Positions 9,872-17,846 of a stretch of DNA of 64,000 nt are shown piece by piece. Origin of the DNA: an uncultured Candidatus Saccharibacteria bacterium. GTDB taxonomy: Bacteria; Patescibacteriota; Saccharimonadia; Saccharimonadales; JAGQNJ01. The first letter of the stretch is position 1, and every line of letters starts with the position of its first letter. Below the pieces are notes generated by a model. That model searched no databases. It saw only the letters and a program-made list of their open reading frames with translations, and had not been told where the DNA came from. The stretch covers positions 1,459 through 65,458 of the forward strand of contig CAYRRR010000002.1 of the NCBI GenBank assembly GCA_964426755.1. Direction: 5' to 3'. The translations under genes were made by a program, and so were the position numbers.

Positions 9872-10630
9872 ATGTATACAAAAATTAAGACTCCGGTTGA
9901 AATTGACCGTATGCGAAAAAGCGGACGCATACTCGAAAATGTACTCAACTTTGTTATTGAGTCTACGCAAGCCGGCATGAGTACGAATGATCTGGCAGAC
10001 CTGGCCGCAAACAAACTAAAAGAGCTGGGAGGGGAGCCAGTTTTTTTGGGTTATCATGGCTTTCCTCATGTGCTGTGTGTGTCGGTAAATGATGAAGTGA
10101 TCCATGGTATTCCTCGCGCCGATCATATAATCAATCAGGGCGATATTATTAGTATCGATTTTGGCGTAAATTACCAAGGCATGATCACGGATGCTGCCCG
10201 AACATTTGTTGTAGGAAAAACAAACTCAGCCGAAAGACTCCTTATATCGAAAACTGAACAAGCACTCTTGGCAGGAATATCTGTTGTAAAAAGTAGTACA
10301 AAAATTGGAGACGTTGCTGCTGCGATTGAAGCAGTTCTGTCAAAAGCAAAGCTTGGTATAGTGAAAGAATACGTAGGGCATGGCGTAGGGCATCAATTGC
10401 ATGAGGATCCAAATATTCCTAATTATGGCCGAGCTGGTACGGGTCCGATTTTAGAAACAAATATGACCATTGCGATTGAGCCAATGGCGACGCTTGGTAG
10501 GCCGGAGGTTTATACGGCAAGTGATGGCTGGACCGTAATTACACAGGATGGGTCGCTTGCTGCCCATTTCGAGGACACTATTCTAGTAACAGAAAATGGT
10601 CCCGAAATTTTAACCCGTACTATTGAATAA
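9872..10630 (+). CDS. map: Methionine aminopeptidase type I
   Basis: SVNDEVIHGIP, DAART, GHGVG..LHEDP, IEPM, AHFEDT. Confidence 0.97.
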   Translation: MYTKIKTPVEIDRMRKSGRILENVLNFVIESTQAGMSTNDLADLAANKLKELGGEPVFLGYHGFPHVLCVSVNDEVIHGIPRADHIINQGDIISIDFGVNYQGMITDAARTFVVGKTNSAERLLISKTEQALLAGISVVKSSTKIGDVAAAIEAVLSKAKLGIVKEYVGHGVGHQLHEDPNIPNYGRAGTGPILETNMTIAIEPMATLGRPEVYTASDGWTVITQDGSLAAHFEDTILVTENGPEILTRTIE

Positions 10631-10679
10631 AAATTTTGTTACCTTGCCGTAAGTAGAGTATAAGCGTTATACTGCTTGC

Positions 10680-11915
10680 ATGCGAGAACAATCTCCTCAT
10701 TTTATTGGCCTTGATATAGGCACCAGTTCAGTGCGCTGTGTGATTGGCATTATCGATCAGCATGATAGTTCAAAAATATCAGTTATTGGTCACGGCAGCG
10801 CCACCAATCAGGGTATGCGCAAGGGGGTAGTAGCGCATATAGATGATGTGGCAGAGTCAGTTATAAAAGCTATAAATGAAGCTGAGCGGGTGTCGGGGAT
10901 TCATATACAACACGCGACCGTTAATGTTAACGGAGACCATGTTGCTGGCATGAATTCTCGTGGTGTAGTAGCAATTAGTACTGCAAATAAGGAGATCTCT
11001 GAATCTGATCGAATGCGGGTAGAAGAGGCTGCTACTATCATTAAGCTGCCGCCCAATCGAGACATTATTCAGGTTTTTGCCAAAAATTATAAAATTGACG
11101 GGCAGGGTAATATCAAAGATCCGGTGGGAATGCAGGGTATTCGGCTAGAAGTTGATACTCACATCGTAACAGCACTAGGATCTAACCTTAAGAATCTAGA
11201 CGCAGTTCTGGCTCGTGCTCATATAGCGCCCGCCCATTATACCGTCTCGAGCTTAGCGGCTGCAGAGGCCGTATTAACACGCCAACAAAAAGAATCAGGC
11301 ACATTAGTACTTGATATAGGGGCGGGAACTACCAATATGGTGATCGTTGAAGATGGGGAAGTGCAGCATGTCGGCGTTTTACCGGTGGGAGGTATCTTAC
11401 TTACGAATGATCTAGCAATCGGACTTAAGACTGACTTAGATATTGCTGAATCAGTTAAGCTCCAGCATGCCGCGCTTAGTGAACAGGCCAAAATAGGAAC
11501 CGTTAGTGTAAATGTTCAAAAAAAGAACTATAGTTTTGATGCGCAAGATGTGGCGCTCATTACAGAGGCGAGAGTGGAAGAGCTTTTTGAATTGATTGAA
11601 AAAGAGCTAAAGCGGATTAACCGCTCACAAAAACTGCCTGGAGGCGTAGTTATTGTGGGCGGTATGGCTAAATTACCTGGCATAGCTGACTTCGCTAAAG
11701 AAAAGCTTCAGTTGGCTGCACGAATCGGTAAGCTACAGCCAATTGGGGGGTTGATTGATACAGTCGCAGATCCACAATATGCCACTGCAGTTGGCCTGAT
11801 GCTGCTTGACATGTTGCTTTTGCCGAATGCGACTAACCGCCAATCACACCCTAGCAGTACAGGAAATGTGTTCGGGGTTGTCGAAGGAATGTGGCGGAAA
11901 ATTAAGCGTAAATAG
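10680..11915 (+). CDS. ftsA: Cell division protein FtsA
   Basis: GLDIGTSSV, LDIGAGTT, GG..LTNDLA, PQYATAVGL; upstream of ftsZ. Confidence 0.96.
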   Translation: MREQSPHFIGLDIGTSSVRCVIGIIDQHDSSKISVIGHGSATNQGMRKGVVAHIDDVAESVIKAINEAERVSGIHIQHATVNVNGDHVAGMNSRGVVAISTANKEISESDRMRVEEAATIIKLPPNRDIIQVFAKNYKIDGQGNIKDPVGMQGIRLEVDTHIVTALGSNLKNLDAVLARAHIAPAHYTVSSLAAAEAVLTRQQKESGTLVLDIGAGTTNMVIVEDGEVQHVGVLPVGGILLTNDLAIGLKTDLDIAESVKLQHAALSEQAKIGTVSVNVQKKNYSFDAQDVALITEARVEELFELIEKELKRINRSQKLPGGVVIVGGMAKLPGIADFAKEKLQLAARIGKLQPIGGLIDTVADPQYATAVGLMLLDMLLLPNATNRQSHPSSTGNVFGVVEGMWRKIKRK

Positions 11916-12046
11916 CATCTAGCTTACAGCGAATAATTAATTACACATATGCTAAAAAGATGAGCAATGGAATGTGCATTGCAGTTGTTCAATTCGTGCC
12001 GTATACTAGAATTTGTTAAGAAGAAGTTAAAAGAGAACCTAAATTT

Positions 12047-13330
12047 ATGCCTCAAGTAGCACCAGTAATTGAAACCTTTGCATCAATTAAAGTAGTGGGA
12101 GTTGGCGGCGCTGGCGGCGCCGCGATTAATCGCATGGTTGAGGCGGGGGTTGAGGGTGTTGAGTTTATTGCCATAAATACTGATGCGCAAGCGCTTCACC
12201 ACTCGAAGGCAGATAAAAAAATTCATATTGGTAAAGAAGCAACGCGCGGTCTCGGCGCTGGGGCGAATCCAAGCGTGGGTGAAAAAGCAGCCCAAGAATC
12301 AATTGACGAAATTCGCCAAGTTTTGACAGGAGCCGATATGGTATTTGTGACACTTGGTGCCGGTGGCGGCACGGGTAGTGGTGCGGGTCATATTGTTGCC
12401 AAGATCGCTAAAGAGGGCGATACACTGGTGGTAGGTTTTGCAACAAAGCCATTTGCTTTTGAGGGTGAGAAGCGTCGTCGTAATGCCGAAGAAGCAATAG
12501 ATAAATTACGAGATGCAGTCGACACGCTTATAATTATTCCAAACGATCGGTTACTGCAAACTATCGATCGGCAGACGCCGCTTGTCGAGGCTTTCAAAGT
12601 TGCTGATGATGTTTTACGGCAAGGAGTGCAGGGTATATCCGACCTTATTACCGTTCATGGTCTGATTAATCTTGATTTCGCTGATGTTAAAACAGTTATG
12701 AGCAGTGCAGGTTCTGCGTTGATGGGTATCGGTCGTGCAAGCGGAGAAGATCGAGCCACAAAAGCCGCCCAGCAAGCGATTGAATCACCGCTACTAGAGG
12801 TTTCTATTGATGGAGCCCGGGGTGTCTTATTCAACGTTATTGGCGGCAATGATATGACTATGCACGAGATTAATACCGCTGCTGAGGCTATTACGAACGC
12901 GGCCGACAGCGATGCCAATATAATCTTTGGAGCGAGCATTAATCCTGATTTAGGCGACGAACTTATCATTACAGTCGTTGCAACTGGTTTTGATGCCTCG
13001 TACTTTACAAAGCGGCAGGCCAGCGAGCCTGTGCAATCGTCTAGCGATGAAAAAACAAATATTCAAAAAGATGACGATGATATCAAAGGTCTTGATATGA
13101 GCTTAGAGCAGAAGGCTCCAGAGATTACGACCGATGCTCATGATTTTCACAGCGATTCACCTATGCCCAACATTTGGGCCATTGATCAAGAGGAGCAACA
13201 GAAGTCCGATCCAGTAACAAACGAAGCGACGGAGCTTGCTGAACATAAAGATCTTGATAAACCTTCTTTTTTGAGGCGTTTGCGCAAACGAGCTCAGCCG
13301 CAAAAAACCGACGATGACATCCAGCCATAG
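12047..13330 (+). CDS. ftsZ: Cell division protein FtsZ
   Basis: GGGTGSG tubulin signature, INLDFAD, C-terminal LDKPSFLRR peptide. Confidence 0.98.
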   Translation: MPQVAPVIETFASIKVVGVGGAGGAAINRMVEAGVEGVEFIAINTDAQALHHSKADKKIHIGKEATRGLGAGANPSVGEKAAQESIDEIRQVLTGADMVFVTLGAGGGTGSGAGHIVAKIAKEGDTLVVGFATKPFAFEGEKRRRNAEEAIDKLRDAVDTLIIIPNDRLLQTIDRQTPLVEAFKVADDVLRQGVQGISDLITVHGLINLDFADVKTVMSSAGSALMGIGRASGEDRATKAAQQAIESPLLEVSIDGARGVLFNVIGGNDMTMHEINTAAEAITNAADSDANIIFGASINPDLGDELIITVVATGFDASYFTKRQASEPVQSSSDEKTNIQKDDDDIKGLDMSLEQKAPEITTDAHDFHSDSPMPNIWAIDQEEQQKSDPVTNEATELAEHKDLDKPSFLRRLRKRAQPQKTDDDIQP

Positions 13331-13368
13331 TCATAGAAAACGTACTAAATAATACACCACAAATAAGC

Positions 13369-13424
13369 TTGAAAAACGCTATCACTAGGGTTATGCTAAT
13401 AAGCATAGACGCTATATATAGTTA
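13369..13424 (+). promoter_or_regulatory. nrdR-nrdJ promoter (TTGAAA-17-TATGCT) with NrdR box ACGCTATATATAGTTA (13409-13424)
   Basis: Match to the NrdR-box consensus acaCwAtATaTwGtg just downstream of the predicted start site, directly upstream of nrdR. Confidence 0.7.
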
Positions 13425-13472
13425 CAGTTATGGCGATCGTACATTCATTATAGGTTTAAGGAGGTGTGCATA

Positions 13473-13946
13473 ATGCGATGCAACCAATGCCACCATGCTG
13501 ATACAAAAGTTATTGAATCTCGGGACGTTTCGGAGGGAGAGTCTATTCGCCGACGCCGTGCTTGCCCCAGTTGCAATAATCGTTTTACTACCTATGAGCG
13601 CTTAGAGCGTCCACAGCTAGTAGTTGTTAAGCATAATGGTACGCGGGAACTATTTAACCGCGAAAAACTATTAAGCGGTTTATACCGTGCCTGCGAAAAA
13701 ACCACAACGTCAAACATGCAAATAGAAAAGCTTGTTTCTGAAATAGAGCAACAGCTATATGCGTGTGGCGAGCCAGAAATCTCTTCGTCTAAAATCGGTC
13801 AACTTGTCATGGACAAGTTAGCTGATATAAATGAGGTTGCATATGTCCGGTTTGCCAGCGTGTACAGGCGGTTTAAGGATATTGCTGGCTTTGAGCAAGA
13901 GTTATCGCAAATTCGTAAACATCAAATAGAGCAAGCTAATGCCTAA
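13473..13946 (+). CDS. nrdR: Transcriptional repressor NrdR
   Basis: CNQC..TKVIESR..IRRRRAC..C..RFTTYER, ATP-cone, VAYVRFASVY; AAGGAGG before ATG 13473. Confidence 0.97.
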   Translation: MRCNQCHHADTKVIESRDVSEGESIRRRRACPSCNNRFTTYERLERPQLVVVKHNGTRELFNREKLLSGLYRACEKTTTSNMQIEKLVSEIEQQLYACGEPEISSSKIGQLVMDKLADINEVAYVRFASVYRRFKDIAGFEQELSQIRKHQIEQANA

Positions 13947-14078
13947 GAACAGCGCTTTAGCTGCTCTCCTGGGTTCTTTTAAGTATTAGAGGATCAAGGA
14001 GAGCTCATATACTAGCATGGTATGTTAGTCAGAACTCTAAATAAAAACAAAATAACACTAATTACAAGTGAGGGTACT

Positions 14079-16838
14079 ATGGGACAAACTACTACATTAG
14101 GGGTTGGTCGATACTTTACACAGCCCAAAACAAAGGCTTATGACAGCCTGCGCTGGGTGAAGCGAGACTCAATCATAAAAAATCCAATGACGGGCGACAT
14201 GGTGTTTGAACAGCGCGATGTTGAATTTCCTGAGGGATGGTCATTGAATGCCATCAACATCGTGGCGCAAAAATATTTTACTGGTACGCCTGGCACCGAG
14301 GAGCGTGAGCAATCGTTGCGCGACCTTGTTAATAGGGTAGCAGACACTATTGTCCGCCAGGGCCTTCAAGAAGATTATTTTGAAACAAAAGAAGAAGCAG
14401 AAGATTTTAAACAAGAACTAAAGTATATCCTTGCTACCCAACGAGCAGCATTTAATTCTCCGGTTTGGTTTAATATTGGGGCTCCCTCACGGTCTCAGCA
14501 AGCCAGTGCCTGCTTTATATTAGGTATAGATGACACGATGCCAGCAATACTGAACTGGTATAAAGAAGAGGGTCTTATCTTTAAGGGTGGGTCAGGTGCA
14601 GGAATTAATCTGAGTGCAATTCGTTCTTCTGTTGAGAAGCTAGGCAAGAGCGCCGGCACTGCTTCGGGGCCTTTAAGTTTCATGAGGGGCGCGGATGCAT
14701 CAGCAGGCGCCATTAAAAGCGGTGGTAAAACCCGACGTGCCGCAAAAATGGTCATTTTAAATGCCGACCATCCTGATGTCGAAGAGTTTATATGGTGCAA
14801 GGCCATTGAAGAGCGCAAAGCAAGGGTTTTACAAGAAGCCGGTTTTGATATGAGCCTTGACGGTAGAGATTCCTTCTCGGTTCAGTACCAAAATGCCAAT
14901 AATTCAGTGCGCGTGACCGATGACTTTATGCGGGCAGTTGAAGATGATGCCGATTGGCAATTACGTGCCGTAACAACTGGTAAGCCAGTTAAAACTATCA
15001 AGGCGAGGGATCTGTTCCGTCAATTTGCTGAAGCAGCTTGGGAATGTGCAGACCCGGGAATGCAGTTCGATACCACTATTAACAAATGGCATACTGCGCC
15101 AAATGCTGGCCGGATTAACGCCTCTAACCCTTGCAGTGAATACATGCACCTCGATAATTCGGCCTGTAACCTTGCTTCTATTAATCTACTTAAGTATTTA
15201 AAGGATGATGGCTCATTTGATATCGAAGCCTTCAAGCATACGGTAGAAGTAATGTTCACGTCACAAGAGATTCTGGTGGGTTACTCAGAATATCCGACAG
15301 AAGGTATTGGTAAGAATGCTCGAGCATACCGCGAACTTGGTCTTGGTTATGCCAATTTAGGCGCATTACTTATGGCGCAAGGGCTGCCGTATGACTCTGC
15401 AGAGGGTCGAGCGCAAGCAGCTGCAATTACAGCTTTGATGACTGGTCACGCTTATGCAACCAGTGCCAAAATTGCTCGTCGCGTTGGACCGTTCAGCGGC
15501 TTTCATAAAGATCGTGATGGTATGCTTAATGTGCTTAAAATGCATCGCGAGGAAGTTTCTAAAATTGACGCCAGCTTAGTGTCTGAAGAGCTATTGAGTG
15601 CAGCCGCAGCTTCTTGGGATGATGCGGTTGAGCTTGGAACCATGTTTGGCATCCGAAACTCGCAAGCTAGCGTATTAGCGCCAACAGGCACCATTGGCCT
15701 GATGATGGATTGCGATACAACTGGAATTGAGCCCGACCTAGGCCTGGTTAAGGTTAAGAAGCTAGTTGGTGGCGGTACAATGCATATCGTTAACCAAACG
15801 GTTCCTCGGGCATTGAAGGCGCTTGGCTACAGCAAGAAGCAAATTGATGCAATTGTGAACTACATTGATACTGAGAAAACTATTGTTGGTGCGCCGGATC
15901 TTAAAGAAGAACATTTACCGGTCTTTGCGTGCTCAATGGGCGATAATTCTATTCACTATATGGGCCACGTTAAGATGATGGGAGCTGTACAGCCGTTTAT
16001 CTCGGGCGCAATTAGCAAGACGGTTAATATGCCAGAAGATGTAACGGTTGAAGATGTTGAACAACTACACCTTGAGTCATGGAAATTAGGCTTAAAGGCG
16101 GTTGCAATCTACCGAGACAACTGTAAGGTTGCACAACCACTATCAATGGCCAAGAAAGAAGGCAGCAAAAAAGAGGATCCTATTACAGCAGCTATTGAAG
16201 ATAAGATAGTAGTGAAGGGAGCTGTGCGTCGCAAATTGCCACGTATGCGCAAGAGTCGAACGTATCGCTTCTTGGTAGCTGATCTTGAGGGCTTCTTTAC
16301 GGTGGGTGAATATGATGACGGAACACCCGGGGAGCTGTTCGTTACGGTATCTAAGCAAGGTTCAACTCTGGCAGGACTAATGGATTCATTTGCTATTAGC
16401 GTCAGTCACGGTCTACAGTACGGCGTGCCATTGAAGAGTTACGTAAAAACACTGCGCGGTACTACCTTTGCACCATCGGGCGTGACCGATGACAGCGATA
16501 TTCGCACGGCGAGTTCAGTGATTGATTACATCTTTAGACGACTAGCCTTAGACTACTTGTCATTTGATGACCGTTTAGAGCTTGGCCTAGCCTCAATAGA
16601 GGATATGCCCGAGTCTCAAACTTCACTGATTGATGAACCGGTTGAAAAACCAAAAGAAGAAACCGTTCAGTTGACCGAGACTAAAGCTAGCAACACAGAA
16701 CAAACACAAAAAACAGTGGCCGAAAAGTCGATTAAAGATGACAATGCGCCATTGTGCTATAACTGTGGCAACCAGACGCAAAGAAGCGGCAGCTGTTATG
16801 TATGTACCAGCTGTGGCTCAACCACCGGCTGCAGTTAG
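14079..16838 (+). CDS. nrdJ: Class II (adenosylcobalamin-dependent) ribonucleotide reductase
   Basis: FNSPVWFN, SACFI, GGKTRRAAKM, SNPCSEY, APTGTI, ISKTVN, C-terminal Cys motif CYNCG..CYVCTSCG. Confidence 0.95.
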   Translation: MGQTTTLGVGRYFTQPKTKAYDSLRWVKRDSIIKNPMTGDMVFEQRDVEFPEGWSLNAINIVAQKYFTGTPGTEEREQSLRDLVNRVADTIVRQGLQEDYFETKEEAEDFKQELKYILATQRAAFNSPVWFNIGAPSRSQQASACFILGIDDTMPAILNWYKEEGLIFKGGSGAGINLSAIRSSVEKLGKSAGTASGPLSFMRGADASAGAIKSGGKTRRAAKMVILNADHPDVEEFIWCKAIEERKARVLQEAGFDMSLDGRDSFSVQYQNANNSVRVTDDFMRAVEDDADWQLRAVTTGKPVKTIKARDLFRQFAEAAWECADPGMQFDTTINKWHTAPNAGRINASNPCSEYMHLDNSACNLASINLLKYLKDDGSFDIEAFKHTVEVMFTSQEILVGYSEYPTEGIGKNARAYRELGLGYANLGALLMAQGLPYDSAEGRAQAAAITALMTGHAYATSAKIARRVGPFSGFHKDRDGMLNVLKMHREEVSKIDASLVSEELLSAAAASWDDAVELGTMFGIRNSQASVLAPTGTIGLMMDCDTTGIEPDLGLVKVKKLVGGGTMHIVNQTVPRALKALGYSKKQIDAIVNYIDTEKTIVGAPDLKEEHLPVFACSMGDNSIHYMGHVKMMGAVQPFISGAISKTVNMPEDVTVEDVEQLHLESWKLGLKAVAIYRDNCKVAQPLSMAKKEGSKKEDPITAAIEDKIVVKGAVRRKLPRMRKSRTYRFLVADLEGFFTVGEYDDGTPGELFVTVSKQGSTLAGLMDSFAISVSHGLQYGVPLKSYVKTLRGTTFAPSGVTDDSDIRTASSVIDYIFRRLALDYLSFDDRLELGLASIEDMPESQTSLIDEPVEKPKEETVQLTETKASNTEQTQKTVAEKSIKDDNAPLCYNCGNQTQRSGSCYVCTSCGSTTGCS

Positions 16839-16866
16839 TCGGCAGCCCAGAGTAATCTGTAGCGTC

Positions 16867-16931
16867 AGAAACTTGAGGTTCGCATTCACCGTAATTATAT
16901 ATGGGTCACTTGCGAGCCTCGTTTCTTTTTT
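16867..16931 (+). terminator. Long intrinsic terminator after nrdJ
   Basis: agaaac..gaggttcgca / tgcgagcctc-gtttct stem followed by T-run. Confidence 0.75.
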
Positions 16932-16982
16932 GTCTTGCATCTCTTCGCAAGATTTTCGACCAGTATGTAGTAAGATAGTGGT

Positions 16983-17252
16983 ATGAAAGTGGTTATGTTG
17001 TATCGGCCAAAGTCAGAGTTTGCACGCGGTGCAGAAGAATATATACGTGAGTTTAAGCGTCGTACGCTTAAACATATCGAAATGGTAAATATAGATACAC
17101 CAGAAGGGGTGCGGATGGCGCAGCTCTATGGTGTTATGGATCATCCGGCTTTTATAGCGATTGCTGAAGATGGTAAGTTGCTGAATGCTTGGGCGGGCAA
17201 ACCATTACCGATTATGAACGAATTAACAGCGTACGCTCAAGAGTCTCGCTAA
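16983..17252 (+). CDS. Small thioredoxin-fold-like protein lacking CxxC
   Basis: beta-alpha-beta pattern, AQLYGV..HPAFI..DGK; no Cys. Confidence 0.65.
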   Translation: MKVVMLYRPKSEFARGAEEYIREFKRRTLKHIEMVNIDTPEGVRMAQLYGVMDHPAFIAIAEDGKLLNAWAGKPLPIMNELTAYAQESR

Positions 17253-17293
17253 TACTTGAGCATTACCCCTGTTTTTGATATAATAATAGTATA

Positions 17294-17482
17294 AATGCGT
17301 TCAGGCTATTGCCTGATGAGCGGCTATCAACCGTGAAGCAGCGAGAAGAAATCATCAGAGAGTAGACCTCGCCGGGAGCGCCCGTAACAGCAGTAAGTAA
17401 GCGTCAAAAGAATCGTCTCTTTTGGAAGCCAGATGGTACCGCCCCTCGGGGTTCTGGCAGCCGGAAGAGGCGATTTTGTTTT
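17294..17482 (+). ncRNA. T-box riboswitch, Ile (AUC specifier), ultrashort stem I, with terminator/antiterminator
   Basis: Stem I gcgg-ctATCaa-ccgt (AUC 17326-17328); stem II gcgag..AGAA/AGTAGA..ctcgc; IIA cggg-agcg-cccg; antiterminator gccaga-TGGTACC-gccc-ctcg-gggt-tctggc; terminator ending gaggcg-attttgtttt; promoter TTGAGC-17-TATAAT; upstream of ileS. Confidence 0.9.
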
Positions 17483-17498
17483 AAGAAAGGCATCAAGG

Positions 17499-17846
17499 AT
17501 GAAAAAGTGGTCAGATGAAGAAGGAGTAGAGTTTCGTAATAGTAATCTCTGCTATGGTCGAGAATATAATCCTGGAACTGGAAAGGTTGATATAGCCAAA
17601 ATCTTTATACGTGGACGTTATCCCGAGACTGGATGGGGCTACCTTGAAGAGTCGCATGAAATGGCGGCAGTAGTAAAGGGTGCAGGCTATATTGAGATAA
17701 AGGATGGCGAGCGAGTGCAGTTAGTTGCTGGTGATGTAGTTTATATAGAGCCAAAGGAAAGATTTTGCTGGGGAGGTGAAATGGATATGATCGTTCCTTG
17801 TAGCCCAGCCTTTGATCCCGATAAGCACAAACTGGAGAAAGAATAA
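17499..17846 (+). CDS. Cupin-domain protein
   Basis: ESHEMAAVVKGAGYIEI....VQLVAGDVVYIEPKERFCW..PAFDP cupin pattern; stop overlaps ileS start (TAATG). Confidence 0.8.
   Translation: MKKWSDEEGVEFRNSNLCYGREYNPGTGKVDIAKIFIRGRYPETGWGYLEESHEMAAVVKGAGYIEIKDGERVQLVAGDVVYIEPKERFCWGGEMDMIVPCSPAFDPDKHKLEKE

Noticed and set aside
13947-14078. Cobalamin riboswitch before nrdJ
   Set aside because: No B12-box motifs (GGGAA, GCCACTG); only a single hairpin.
17313-17340. Hammerhead-like CTGATGA-stem-GAA
   Set aside because: The core reads GAAG rather than GAAA, no convincing stems I/III are present, and the sequence is fully explained as T-box stem I.
17433-17498. Longer N-terminus of the cupin ORF from ATG 17433
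   Set aside because: That ATG lies inside the T-box antiterminator; ATG 17499 after the terminator is more plausible.
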